Below, piece by piece: positions 55,664 to 64,000 of a DNA stretch of 64,000 bases. How positions within the stretch are numbered: the first letter of the stretch is position 1; the number at the start of each line of letters is the position of its first letter. The stretch lies in assembly GCA_934101345.1 (NCBI GenBank), contig CAKOQV010000001.1:38991-102990 (forward strand), given 5' to 3'. The stretch comes from an uncultured Bacilli bacterium (lineage in GTDB: Bacteria; Bacillota_I; Bacilli_A; RF39; UBA660). The translations under genes were made by a program, and so were the position numbers. The notes under the pieces are model-generated. The model had not been told where the DNA came from. It did no database searches and saw only the letters and a program-made list of their open reading frames with translations.

Positions 55664-56683
55664 GTGATTTTGGTGAAAGATAAAATAGATATTGTAATTC
55701 CTTGGGTAGATGGAAACGATATAGAATGGCAAAATGAAAAAAATAAATATAAGCAAAAAAAAGATGAAAAATTAAATAATAGTTCTCGTTTTCGTGATTG
55801 GGATAATTTGCAATATATATTCCGTGGAATTGAAAAATTTATGCCTTGGGTTAATAATATTTTCTTTATAACTTGGGGACATTTACCTAAATGGTTAAAT
55901 GTTGATAATCCTAAACTTAAGATAATAAATCACAAGGATTATATTCCTAGTAAATATTTACCAACGTTTAATTCTCATACTATTGAGTTAAATCTTTATA
56001 GAATAAAAGATTTAAGTGAAAAGTTTATTTATTTTAATGATGATACATTTGTTATTGATTATATGAGTGAAAGTATGTTCTTTAAAAATGGTCTTCCTTG
56101 TGATTGCGGGATTTTAAATCCAATTATACCGGTTGGATATGATAACTTTAGCAATGTTTCAGTAAATAATCTTACAATAATTAATGAAGAATTTAATAAA
56201 AGAACTTCTATAAAAAAGTCGATATTTAATTGGTATAATATAAAATATGGTTCTAATTTAATACGAAATTTTTCATTGATACCTTGGGGAAAGTTTCCTG
56301 GATTTTATAATGGACATTTGCCTAATTCATTTCTTAAGTCAACATTTTGTGAAGTATGGCAGAAATATGAAGAAACTTTAGATAATACTTGTTCGTGTCA
56401 TTTAAGAGATAATTTTACTAATGTTAATCAGTGGTTAATGAGATATTGGCAACTTGGAAAAAATCAATTTTATCCTAGGAATCCAAATTTTGGAAAATTT
56501 TATGAAATTACTGACAATAATGATAATATTATTAATGATATAAAAAGCCAAAAATTTAAAATGGTGTGCTTGAATGACGGAATAAATATTAATAATTTTG
56601 AGAAAACTAAGTATGAAATAAATGAAGCTTTGTCTTTTGTTTTACCGAATAAGTGTTCATTTGAAAAGAGTGATACTATATGA
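55664..56683 (+). CDS. Stealth-family hexose-1-phosphoryltransferase (capsule/wall-polymer phosphoglycosyl transferase); start likely the GTG at 55673
   Basis: Stealth CR1 IDIVIPWVDGND; CR2 PWVNNIFFITWGHLPKWLNVDNPKLKIINHKDYI; CR3 YFNDDTFVIDYM. The stop overlaps the next ATG (ATGA). Confidence 0.8.
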   Translation: MILVKDKIDIVIPWVDGNDIEWQNEKNKYKQKKDEKLNNSSRFRDWDNLQYIFRGIEKFMPWVNNIFFITWGHLPKWLNVDNPKLKIINHKDYIPSKYLPTFNSHTIELNLYRIKDLSEKFIYFNDDTFVIDYMSESMFFKNGLPCDCGILNPIIPVGYDNFSNVSVNNLTIINEEFNKRTSIKKSIFNWYNIKYGSNLIRNFSLIPWGKFPGFYNGHLPNSFLKSTFCEVWQKYEETLDNTCSCHLRDNFTNVNQWLMRYWQLGKNQFYPRNPNFGKFYEITDNNDNIINDIKSQKFKMVCLNDGININNFEKTKYEINEALSFVLPNKCSFEKSDTI

Positions 56684-58011
56684 AAAGAAAATTAAAAGAA
56701 GCATTTATAAAAATAAAAAGTAATGACTTTTGGAGAAAATTATTTAAGAATTCTTTCTATGCAATAATGGGTGAAGGTGGTTCTTCGGTTATTAACTTAT
56801 TTGTAGTTTTCTTGTTAATAAAGCTGTTAGGAAATGATAAATATGCAATTTTAGTATTGGCTCAATCTTATATGTCAATTTTAGATTTGATAATTAACTT
56901 GCAAAGTTGGCAAAGTGTTATAAAGTTTGGCGAAGAAATGAGAGTTAAAAATAAGATTGATAGATATTTGGAGTATATTAAATTAGGGACAATTTTAGAT
57001 GTTTCTACAGCACTTTTATGTGGAATAATTGGCTTTTTTATTGCACCTCTTGTTGGAAGCATATTTAATTGGAGTAGAGAATTAATAGTTTGCTGCCAAA
57101 TATTTACGGCGGAAATATATTTTCATTTTTCTGGTACTCCAATAGCTGTATTAAGACTAGAAAATAAGTTTAATTTAGTAGCATTACAAAAAATAATTTC
57201 TGCTGCTATAAAGTTGATAACATTGTTAGTAATTGTATTTATGACTCCCAAAATGTCATTAATAGCGGCTGTTATAATTTATGTTGCTACAGACATAATT
57301 TCACATTTAATCTTAGTAGCAATGTTTTTCTCTGTTGTACATAAGAAGTGGGGAATAAAAAAATTATTTAAATCTAAAATACCACAAAATAAAGGCGAAT
57401 TTATTAAGTATACAATATGGTGTACTTTAGGAGATGCTGTTGATATTCCTGTTTTATATTTAGATGTATTTGTTGTATCAGCATTAAAATTAGAGTTGGT
57501 AACTGTTTTTAAGGTGTTCAAACAAATAATGTCTATTTTATCAAAATTAGCATCACCAATTTATCAAGCAATCTTTCCACAATTTTCAACTTTGGTTGCT
57601 AAAGGTGAGTTTAAAAGGGGATATGATGCAGTTATTAGAATAAGAAATGCAGTATATAAGTATTTTATACCATTAATTATGTTAGTTGGACTTAGTTCAC
57701 CAATTTGGTTAAAGGTTATTTTTGGCGAATTATTTTCACAATACTGGTATGTGTTATTTATTTATCTGATAGTACATACATATGCATTATCGTACACTAC
57801 TATCCATCCATACTTTACTGCGTTAGGAAAAGTAAAAGAAGGATTTATAATTTGCTTGATAGCAAATATTGTATATTTAGGACTAGCACTATTATTAACT
57901 AAACATATCGGTATGATTGCTATTGTTATTAGTTATACTATTCAGATTTTAATTGTTATTCTTACAAAAAAGAAAATTATTAAAAAGGAAATTGATAGTA
58001 ATGATGTTTAA
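56680..58011 (+). CDS. wzx: Wzx-type polysaccharide flippase (MOP superfamily)
   Basis: About 12 predicted TM helices and the polysaccharide-biosynthesis-protein pattern. 443 aa. Translationally coupled to the Stealth gene. Confidence 0.7.
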   Translation: MKRKLKEAFIKIKSNDFWRKLFKNSFYAIMGEGGSSVINLFVVFLLIKLLGNDKYAILVLAQSYMSILDLIINLQSWQSVIKFGEEMRVKNKIDRYLEYIKLGTILDVSTALLCGIIGFFIAPLVGSIFNWSRELIVCCQIFTAEIYFHFSGTPIAVLRLENKFNLVALQKIISAAIKLITLLVIVFMTPKMSLIAAVIIYVATDIISHLILVAMFFSVVHKKWGIKKLFKSKIPQNKGEFIKYTIWCTLGDAVDIPVLYLDVFVVSALKLELVTVFKVFKQIMSILSKLASPIYQAIFPQFSTLVAKGEFKRGYDAVIRIRNAVYKYFIPLIMLVGLSSPIWLKVIFGELFSQYWYVLFIYLIVHTYALSYTTIHPYFTALGKVKEGFIICLIANIVYLGLALLLTKHIGMIAIVISYTIQILIVILTKKKIIKKEIDSNDV

Positions 58012-59491
58012 TTATGAATATTTTAGAAAAAAGAAAATTTTAATATTTTTACCACATCAGGATGATGAGATAAACACAGTATATGGAATGATTGGTAATA
58101 TAAAAAAAGTTGATGGTATTGTTAAAGTTGTTTATAGTACTAATGGTGATTATTGTGTTAATGCAAAATATCGTATTAAAGAAGCTATAAATAGTTTGAA
58201 AATAGTGAATATTAAGAAAGATGATATAATTTTTATGGGTTATTCAGATCAAGCACCGGAAAATAATAATCATTTATATAATGAGGATGTTAAATGGATT
58301 TCACATAATAAAATTAGTAATACATATTTACCTTATGGAAAAGAATATCATTTTGATAAATATAATGAACATGCTATTTTTAATAGACAGAATTTTGCAA
58401 ATGATCTTTTGAATATTATTACTGATGAGCAACCCGATATAATAATAGGTATAGATTATGATAATCATTGTGATCATCGCGCATTATCTTTATCATTAGA
58501 AAGCGCAATTGGAAGATATTTAAGGATATCTAAAAATAAACCTATTGTTTTAAAAGCTTTTGCGTATAATAACTCGTATAATGGAGAAGTTGATTATAAT
58601 AATCCAAATCCAATGTCAATAATGAAAAAAATTGAAAATCCTTATTATGATTGGAATAATAGAATAAGATTTTATCAGTCTGATGATGCCGTTAAAAATC
58701 TTTTGATAAATAATATTTATTTTAAAGGATTGCTACAGCATCATAGTCAGTATATTTTTAATAGAATAAAATCTGTTGTTAATTCTGATATGATATTTTT
58801 TATAAGAAATACTGGTAATTTACTAAACAATAGTGTTATTAGTGTTTCTTCGGGTAATTCTAAATATTTGTGTGACTTTATGCTTTATGATACTTCTGAT
58901 ATAACATATAAAGATAAATTATATGATAGTGGATATACAATTATTGATAGTAATGATAAATTAAAAAAAATTGATATAACCTTTCAGAAAAAAGTAAATG
59001 TCAATTGTGTTAATATTTATACTTCATTAAATAGTGCTAAACTAATTAAAATAACTATAAATGAAATTGAATATTCTTTTCAATATTTTAATCATATATA
59101 TTCTATACATGACTTAAACTTCAGCAATATTACAAACTTGTCAATTACATTAAGCTCTGATGATGAAAAAAATATCGAAATTGGCGAATTAGAAGTGTTA
59201 GAATATGAGGATATGCTTTATTATGCTAAACTTTCTTATCATAATAACTTTATATATAATTATAGGAAAGAATGGAATGTTTCATATAGTACGAATTTAA
59301 ATAGTACGAATTTTAAACTTATTAATGAGAAGAATAAGATAAGCCTTTTATATAATGATAAAATTGTTGATCAAATAAAAATAAAGAGATTTACATTCAA
59401 AAAATTAAATGATATAATTGATAATGTATGTATATTTTTAGGTAGAGTGATTCAAAAAATTGTTAAAATTAAAAGAAATATAATTAATTAG
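58001..59491 (+). CDS. PIG-L/LmbE-family N-acetylglucosaminyl deacetylase with an about 280-aa C-terminal extension
   Basis: LFLPHQDDE (HxDDE zinc motif), downstream …DHCDHRALS… (HxxH). The C-terminal half is unassigned. ATG at 58001 after AAGGAAA. Confidence 0.65.
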   Translation: MMFNYEYFRKKKILIFLPHQDDEINTVYGMIGNIKKVDGIVKVVYSTNGDYCVNAKYRIKEAINSLKIVNIKKDDIIFMGYSDQAPENNNHLYNEDVKWISHNKISNTYLPYGKEYHFDKYNEHAIFNRQNFANDLLNIITDEQPDIIIGIDYDNHCDHRALSLSLESAIGRYLRISKNKPIVLKAFAYNNSYNGEVDYNNPNPMSIMKKIENPYYDWNNRIRFYQSDDAVKNLLINNIYFKGLLQHHSQYIFNRIKSVVNSDMIFFIRNTGNLLNNSVISVSSGNSKYLCDFMLYDTSDITYKDKLYDSGYTIIDSNDKLKKIDITFQKKVNVNCVNIYTSLNSAKLIKITINEIEYSFQYFNHIYSIHDLNFSNITNLSITLSSDDEKNIEIGELEVLEYEDMLYYAKLSYHNNFIYNYRKEWNVSYSTNLNSTNFKLINEKNKISLLYNDKIVDQIKIKRFTFKKLNDIIDNVCIFLGRVIQKIVKIKRNIIN

Positions 59492-59510
59492 AAAGAGAAG
59501 TTGATAGAAA

Positions 59511-61964
59511 ATGAATAAGTTTAATAAAACTTTTAAATATATAATATATTTTTTACTTGTTTTTATGCCTTTTAGGGAGATAATAGGAATATATGATAAT
59601 GTATACTTAAAATTTATTCCAGATATTTTAATTATTTTTATGTTTTTTGGGTATCTATTTAAAAATAAGTTTAAGTTAAAATTTAAAGTTTATGATTATT
59701 TTTATATTTTGTTTTTATTGGGTGGCTTTTTAAGTGGTATTATTAATAATGTATCTTTTATAGCTATATTATTACATATGAGAACTTATGTTACAATGTA
59801 TTTCTTATTTTATATACTTAGAAATAATGAATATGAAATACAATTTTATAAAAATTGTTTAAAGATACTTATGATTGCTTTATCTGTATTAACAATAATA
59901 GGAATTGGTGAATATATTACAAGTAAAATTTACTTTTTTCCGTATCAATGGTTTATAGGAATAAAATATACTTCTAATTTATCTAGAATGTATACATTAC
60001 TTCATAGTCCAAATACATTTGGATATTATGCAGTTTTGGTAGTTTCTCTCTTTACTTATTTATATAAAGATTTTAAGAACAAAAAATGGATATTTCTTTT
60101 GGTATTAATTTTTCTTGGCATTATTTTGACTCAGTCTAGAAGTTCACAAGTAGCATTAGTGCTCATTCTATTTTATTGGTCTTTTGGCCTATTTAAAAAG
60201 CATGATTATAAAACCTTAATTAATATATTTTTAATTCTGTTATTGACATTTGGAACATATAAATTGTGTAACTATGCAAATAGAGCATTTTCAAATAGTG
60301 ATGCTTATAAAAGTTTTTTTGAAGAAAATACTGATAGATTTGATGATAATGAAAATGTAATTACTGATTCGGGTTCTAGATGGAATATAGCTGAAAATAA
60401 TGATGTATTTTATTCAATGAAAAATGGTAGACTTTTTAATATTAATTTAGGATTTAAAATATGGAAAACTAAGCCGTTATTTGGAACTGGTTTTGCAACA
60501 TATGGTACTGCTGGTAGTAGTGTTGTGATTCCTAAATTGTATAAACAATACAATTTATCAGATGACTTTTATTCAGATAATCAGTATATAGCAATATTTG
60601 TTGAAACTGGGTTATTTGGAACTTTAATGTTTGCAATGTTTATTTTAACACTAATATATGAGTATAGAAAAGACAGTTATAAATTAATGATGATTTTTAT
60701 ATTGATGTTAGTTTGTTTATTTTATAATGTTTTAGAATTAGCAGTATTGATGTCTTTATTTTACTTAATATTAACAATGAATAATAAAAATGGGAAAACT
60801 GGGAAAGGAGTAAAATTAAAAATGAAAAAAAATGATACTAATGAAAGAAAATATATAGTATTTTGCCAGGAACATTATAATCCACTTGGAATAATAAGAA
60901 GTCTAGGAGAAAATGGAATAAAACCAATTGTTATTATTAAAAGAGGTAAATATCAATTAGCTTCTAAAAGCAAATATATTGGTAAGTTGCACATTGTAGA
61001 TAAAATTGATGATGGATATGAAGTGTTGATGAAAGAATATGGAAAAGAAAAGTTAAAACCATTTATATATACTTCTGATGATACTATAACAAGTTATTTG
61101 GATTTGAAATATGATGAATTAAAAGATAAATTTATATTTTATAATGCTGGTAAAAAAGGCGAAGTAACTAAATATATGAATAAAGAAAATATAATTAAAT
61201 TAGCAGAAAAATGTGGACTTAATATTATAAAAACATGGAAATTAACTTCAAAGAAAATTCCTGATGATATGGAGTATCCATGTTTAACAAAAGCTATAAT
61301 ATCAACTAAAGATAATTGGAAGGCTGATAGTATTGTATGTAATAACGAAAAAGAATTAAAATCTGCTTTAAATAAAATTGATAGTAAAGAAATTTTAGTT
61401 CAGAAATATATTAAGAAAAAAAATGAATTTGCTGTTAATGGATTCAGTATTAATAAAGGCAAAGATGTTTTTTATGCATTTTCATTAAACTACTTAAGTA
61501 TAAATGACAATGCTTTTGGTAACTATATGATTATTAAAAATTTTGATAATAAAGAGCTAGAAAAAAAATTAAATAAAATTTTTGAATGTATTAAATTTGA
61601 AGGCATTTGTGAAGTTGAGTTTTTGGTAGATAAAAATGATGAACTATATTTTCTAGAAGTTAATTTAAGAAATTCAACTTGGGGGTATTCTTCTACTGTG
61701 GCAGGCATGAATTTACCTATATTATGGTCAGAAGCAATGTTAAGTCATAAATTGCCTAAAGATAAATTAAAAAAATTCAAACCATTTAAGGCAATGGCAG
61801 AAGATACGGATTATTATGATAGAGTTAAAACAAAAAAAGTTTCATTAATTAAATGGATTTTTCAAGCTCTTTCATGCAAATGTTTATATATAACTAATTT
61901 GAGAGATATGAAGCCTGTCTATTCTAAAATAGATAATATCATTAAAAATAAGATAAAAAAATAA
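59511..61964 (+). CDS. In-frame fusion of a Wzy/O-antigen-ligase-like membrane polymerase (aa 1-437) and an ATP-grasp ligase domain (aa 438-817)
   Basis: N-terminal half has multiple TM helices plus Wzy_C-type motifs (LHSPNTFGYY; LTQSRSSQVALVL; DNQYIAIFVETGLFG). C-terminal half has ATP-grasp blocks (…KAIISTKDNW…ILVQKYI…EFAVNG…; ICEVEFLVDKNDELYFLEVNLRNS). An internal RBS GGGAAAGGAG lies 10 nt before the in-frame ATG at 60822. Confidence 0.6.
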   Translation: MNKFNKTFKYIIYFLLVFMPFREIIGIYDNVYLKFIPDILIIFMFFGYLFKNKFKLKFKVYDYFYILFLLGGFLSGIINNVSFIAILLHMRTYVTMYFLFYILRNNEYEIQFYKNCLKILMIALSVLTIIGIGEYITSKIYFFPYQWFIGIKYTSNLSRMYTLLHSPNTFGYYAVLVVSLFTYLYKDFKNKKWIFLLVLIFLGIILTQSRSSQVALVLILFYWSFGLFKKHDYKTLINIFLILLLTFGTYKLCNYANRAFSNSDAYKSFFEENTDRFDDNENVITDSGSRWNIAENNDVFYSMKNGRLFNINLGFKIWKTKPLFGTGFATYGTAGSSVVIPKLYKQYNLSDDFYSDNQYIAIFVETGLFGTLMFAMFILTLIYEYRKDSYKLMMIFILMLVCLFYNVLELAVLMSLFYLILTMNNKNGKTGKGVKLKMKKNDTNERKYIVFCQEHYNPLGIIRSLGENGIKPIVIIKRGKYQLASKSKYIGKLHIVDKIDDGYEVLMKEYGKEKLKPFIYTSDDTITSYLDLKYDELKDKFIFYNAGKKGEVTKYMNKENIIKLAEKCGLNIIKTWKLTSKKIPDDMEYPCLTKAIISTKDNWKADSIVCNNEKELKSALNKIDSKEILVQKYIKKKNEFAVNGFSINKGKDVFYAFSLNYLSINDNAFGNYMIIKNFDNKELEKKLNKIFECIKFEGICEVEFLVDKNDELYFLEVNLRNSTWGYSSTVAGMNLPILWSEAMLSHKLPKDKLKKFKPFKAMAEDTDYYDRVKTKKVSLIKWIFQALSCKCLYITNLRDMKPVYSKIDNIIKNKIKK

Positions 61965-62078
61965 GAAACAAATTAATAAAGGTTTCTGTGTTCTGTTGAT
62001 AAATTACTACTTTAATTGTTAATAGTGACCATTTATTTGGAAAAAGAGAGCTTTTCTCTTTTTTTTCATTTTATTTTT

Positions 62079-62087
62079 TGATATAAT
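62079..62087 (+). promoter_or_regulatory. Extended -10 element TGaTATAAT upstream of tagA
   Basis: TGnTATAAT about 30 nt before the 62117 start. No good -35. Confidence 0.3.
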
Positions 62088-62116
62088 TGATTTGAGTGTA
62101 TGTAGGAGGTAATAGA

Positions 62117-62836
62117 ATGAAGGAACTATTTGATAAACTTTATAATAAAAGTGAAGAGTCATTTTATGAAATATTAGAAAAAAATTTAAGTCAAAATAAA
62201 AAAACATTTATTGTAACTGCAAATCCTGAAACATTTATGATGAGTGAAAAAGATGAAGAAATGAGAAAGCTACTTTTGGATAACGATACTTTTTTGGTAC
62301 CAGATGGGATTGGAATAGTAAAAGCCGCTAGAATGATTAACTATGATGTTAAAGAAAGAATTACTGGAATAGATATTGCAAATGAATTGTTAAAGCTTGG
62401 AAATGAGCAAAAAAAGTCAATCTATTTGTTTGGCGCAAAACAAGAAGTAATTGATTCTATGATAAAAGTATTAGAAGAAGATTATTCAAATTTGAAACTA
62501 GTTGGAGCATCAAATGGTTATGAAAAAGATAAAGATAAAGTATTTGAAAAAATAGTAAAAGCAAAACCTGATATAGTATTGGTTGCATTAGGCATTCCAT
62601 TTCAGGAAAAATTAATATATAAACATTTAGATGAATTTGATAAAGGAATTTTTGTTGGAGTAGGTGGTTCATTTGATGTAATAAGTGGTCATAAGAAGAG
62701 AGCTCCTAAAATATTCATTAAATTAAATTTAGAATGGCTATATAGAATACTAAAAGAGCCAAAAAGATTAAAAAGATTCTATGATAGTAATGTAAAATTT
62801 ATATTTAAGGTAAAAAAGAAAAGTAGGAGGTCTTGA
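62117..62836 (+). CDS. tagA: WecB/TagA/CpsF-family glycosyltransferase (N-acetylmannosaminyltransferase-like)
   Basis: Family motif GVGGSFDVISG and …VALGIPFQE…. RBS GTAGGAGG 5 nt before the ATG at 62117. Confidence 0.75.
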   Translation: MKELFDKLYNKSEESFYEILEKNLSQNKKTFIVTANPETFMMSEKDEEMRKLLLDNDTFLVPDGIGIVKAARMINYDVKERITGIDIANELLKLGNEQKKSIYLFGAKQEVIDSMIKVLEEDYSNLKLVGASNGYEKDKDKVFEKIVKAKPDIVLVALGIPFQEKLIYKHLDEFDKGIFVGVGGSFDVISGHKKRAPKIFIKLNLEWLYRILKEPKRLKRFYDSNVKFIFKVKKKSRRS

Positions 62837-63780
62837 ATATGAAGTTATCGTTGATAATACCTTGTTATAATGAAGAAAAAAATATTGAACCATTTATGAA
62901 ATGTTGCATTGAAACTTTTGGTAATAACAAAAATATTGAATACATATTTATTAATGATGGTAGTAAAGATAATACTTTTTCTGAAATAACAAAAATAATA
63001 GAAAAATATAATACGGAAAATATATTGGGTATTAATTTTTCAAGAAATTTCGGGAAAGAAGCTGCTATGTTAGCAGGATTAAAAAAATCTAAAGGCACTT
63101 ATACTGCACTGATTGATGCCGACTTGCAACAGCATCCAAAGTATGTAAAAAAAATGCTTGAATATATTGAAAAACATGATGAATACGATTGTATAACTTG
63201 TTATCAGGAAAAAAGAAAAGAAAAAAAATTAATAATATGGTTAAAGGAAAGATTTTATAGTTTGATAAATAAAATAAGTGAAGTCCCATTTTATAAAAAT
63301 GCATCAGATTTTAGATTGTTTAATCGAAAAGTATTAAACTCCATATTAGAAATGGAAGAATATTATCGTTTTTCAAAAGGAATATTTTCTTATGTGGGAT
63401 TTAATACATATTATATGCCCTATGAGGTTAATGAAAGATTATATGGAACAAGTTCTTGGTCGCTATTTGGATTATTTAAGTATGCATTTAACGGTATAGT
63501 AGGATTTTCTGTTGCACCTTTAAAATTAGCTACAATATTGGGATTGATAACAATGCTATTTTCTTTAATATATTTAATAATTGTAATTATTAAGAAAATT
63601 GTAGTTGGTATAGCAATAAGTGGTTATCCTACAATAATTTGTTTAATTCTAATTTTTGGCGGATTACAAATGTTCTTATTGGGTATAATTGGTGAATATC
63701 TTGGCCGAGTATATGTTGAACTAAAAAGAAGACCAGTTTATATAATTAAAGATGAAGTAAGTAGAAAAAAGGAGAGCTAA
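62833..63780 (+). CDS. GT2 glycosyltransferase with two C-terminal TM helices (GtrB/CsbB-like polyprenyl-phosphate sugar transferase)
   Basis: N-terminal IIPCYNEE, DxD motif (DADLQ) and two C-terminal hydrophobic helices. Confidence 0.7.
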   Translation: MNMKLSLIIPCYNEEKNIEPFMKCCIETFGNNKNIEYIFINDGSKDNTFSEITKIIEKYNTENILGINFSRNFGKEAAMLAGLKKSKGTYTALIDADLQQHPKYVKKMLEYIEKHDEYDCITCYQEKRKEKKLIIWLKERFYSLINKISEVPFYKNASDFRLFNRKVLNSILEMEEYYRFSKGIFSYVGFNTYYMPYEVNERLYGTSSWSLFGLFKYAFNGIVGFSVAPLKLATILGLITMLFSLIYLIIVIIKKIVVGIAISGYPTIICLILIFGGLQMFLLGIIGEYLGRVYVELKRRPVYIIKDEVSRKKES

Positions 63781-63782
63781 AC

Positions 63783-64000
63783 ATGATAAAAAAATTATTT
63801 GACTATTTAAAATTGATGTATGATAAGTATAAATATGCTTTTTATAGTGCTATATTTTTTACTTTTATTTCACATGTATATTTTTTTACAAAAAGATTAG
63901 GTAATGAGGATGATTTGAATTTTATATCTTTTGCAAGTGGAACCCTTTCAAGTGGAAGATGGACTAAAGGGTCTTTATTTACAGGAGAAATGCTAGCTCC
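63783..64000 (+). CDS. Hypothetical membrane protein, N-terminal part (continues beyond the window); possible GT-C partner of the GtrB-like GT2
   Basis: ORF starts at the ATG at 63783 after GGAGAG, with hydrophobic stretch FYSAIFFTFISHVYFF. The GT-C assignment rests only on its position after a GtrB-like gene. Confidence 0.3.
   Translation, partial: MIKKLFDYLKLMYDKYKYAFYSAIFFTFISHVYFFTKRLGNEDDLNFISFASGTLSSGRWTKGSLFTGEMLA

Noticed and set aside
62043-62066. Terminator after the Wzy-ATP-grasp gene (AGAG / cttt / CTCT then T8)
   Set aside because: The stem is only about 4-6 bp. The T run is good, but the hairpin is too weak to report as a feature.
1-64000. CRISPR array
   Set aside because: The repeated 17-mer/hairpin copies are at irregular positions 9-18 kb apart, two of them form an inverted pair, and there are no uniform spacers or adjacent cas genes.
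1-64000. tRNA or rRNA genes
   Set aside because: No stretch shows the conserved rRNA blocks or a tRNA cloverleaf with a T-loop GTTCRANYC. The only GC-rich non-coding tracts (790-860, 3573-3700) do not fit tRNA structure on inspection.
1-64000. Alternative genetic code (UGA as Trp, Mycoplasma-like) given the extreme AT content
   Set aside because: Long well-supported genes (gpmI, ponA, parC, murF) read through as single ORFs in the standard code with Trp as TGG. A cell wall (PBP, LCP, MurF) is clearly present.

Overview
This 64-kb window is very AT-rich (roughly 25% GC) and reads in the standard genetic code (Trp is TGG). It appears to come from a low-GC Gram-positive bacterium (Bacillota; Clostridia- or Erysipelotrichia-like), but the taxon cannot be assigned from sequence alone. 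All calls below rest on recognising motifs by eye and on checking hairpins by hand; no searches were run.

Content from 5' to 3':

- 1-6.3 kb: a decayed mobilizable-element remnant. It contains the 3' part of a beta-helix-like protein gene, a serine-recombinase fragment, a MobV (Mob_Pre) relaxase split by a frameshift in a poly-A run, three hypothetical genes and a DinD homolog also split by a homopolymer frameshift.
- 6.7 kb: rpsD (ribosomal protein S4).
- 7.6-14.5 kb: a large cohesin/cadherin-like surface protein followed by a Tad (tight-adherence) pilus operon: two TadE-like pseudopilins, cpaE/tadZ, cpaF/tadA, tadB, tadC.
- 14.5-20 kb: yebC, then two tandem TasA/camelysin-like proteins with SipW-cognate-type signal peptides, a hypothetical protein, a CNNM/HlyC-type CBS protein and an RlmD/RumA-type rRNA methyltransferase.
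- 20-25.5 kb: an accessory block (hypothetical, GNAT, DUF1835, NUDIX, PAP2, Sel1-repeat protein).
- 25.6-38 kb: sstT-like symporter; radC-mreC-mreD with no mreB; a Gly/Met-rich small protein; a pilC-pilD pair followed by a 685-aa surface protein with a third SipW-type signal; parC-like topoisomerase subunit; murF.
- 38-44 kb: ponA (PBP1A) and recU on the minus strand, a DUF378 gene, and a LolA-like lipoprotein carrying an (NT)12 repeat.
- 44-64 kb: one ~20-kb co-directional cell-envelope glycopolymer block. In order: gpmI, an FtsK-like mini-ATPase, a NAGPA-like phosphodiester glycosidase, a NodB deacetylase, a 1256-aa protein with a C-terminal metallophosphoesterase, an LCP ligase, a GT4, a Stealth hexose-1-phosphotransferase, Wzx, an LmbE-like deacetylase, a Wzy-like polymerase fused in frame to an ATP-grasp domain, TagA, a GtrB/CsbB-like GT2 and a partial membrane-protein gene.

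Most interesting observations:

1. A repeated intergenic element (five copies). Four have a conserved 17-mer; all carry two hairpins whose stems covary between copies while the loops keep an ACU...AGG motif.
2. The Stealth/NAGPA pairing, which suggests a two-step tag-and-uncover sugar-phosphate modification of a wall polymer.
3. The Wzy-ATP-grasp fusion, with an internal ribosome-binding site and ATG at the junction.
4. Three SipW-type-signal proteins with no sipW in the window.
5. A non-canonical pilC-pilD-surface-protein operon.

No rRNA, tRNA or CRISPR array was recognised.
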